A stretch of DNA of 64,000 bases from Octopus sinensis (lineage: Eukaryota): positions 124,001-188,000 of the forward strand of contig NW_021836142.1 of NCBI RefSeq assembly GCF_006345805.1, read 5' to 3'. A model generated the notes under the pieces. It worked only from the letters and a program-made list of their open reading frames with translations. It had not been told where the DNA came from and did not search any database. Position numbers and translations under genes: made by a program. This document shows, one piece after another, positions 63,890 through 64,000 of this stretch. Positions within the stretch are counted from its first letter, which is position 1; each line of letters begins with the position of its first letter.

Positions 63890-64000
63890 CATGGCAGATA
63901 CTGGTGTCACACAATTGGCACCTGTGTCGGTGGCATGTAAAAGCACCTATCACACTCTTGGAGTGGTTGGCATTAAGAAGGGCATCTAGCTGTAGAAAGC
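63890..64000 (+). mobile_element. Family C repeat, truncated by the window end
   Basis: TAAAAGCACC...GGTTGGCATTAAGAAGGGCATCTAGC. Confidence 0.75.

Overview
AT-rich, repeat-saturated animal genomic DNA, most likely an octopod cephalopod (Octopus). That call is an inference from the SINE families and the extreme microsatellite load. The window looks intronic or intergenic, and no complete or confidently nameable host gene is visible. Nearly all long ORFs in the track are microsatellite artefacts. Content: (i) dozens of copies of about four tRNA-derived or RTE-tailed SINE families, which I label A-D; (ii) decayed LINE fragments (R4/Dong-type RLE, RTE, CR1/L2-like) and a Penelope-like GIY-YIG fragment; (iii) Tc1/mariner remnants, TTAA piggyBac-type MITEs, fold-back MITEs and non-autonomous Helitrons; (iv) several local duplications; (v) a few low-confidence exon candidates and two CpG-retaining promoter-like patches. 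The most notable observation is a sequence-intact minimal type I hammerhead ribozyme at 52651-52693 (-), with degenerate relatives in other short (TA)n-embedded repeats, about 1 kb from a Penelope endonuclease remnant. Next are a mariner element whose core was replaced by a 233-bp copy of neighbouring DNA, and modular or dimeric SINEs. Coordinates for degenerate repeats are approximate (about +/-20 bp).
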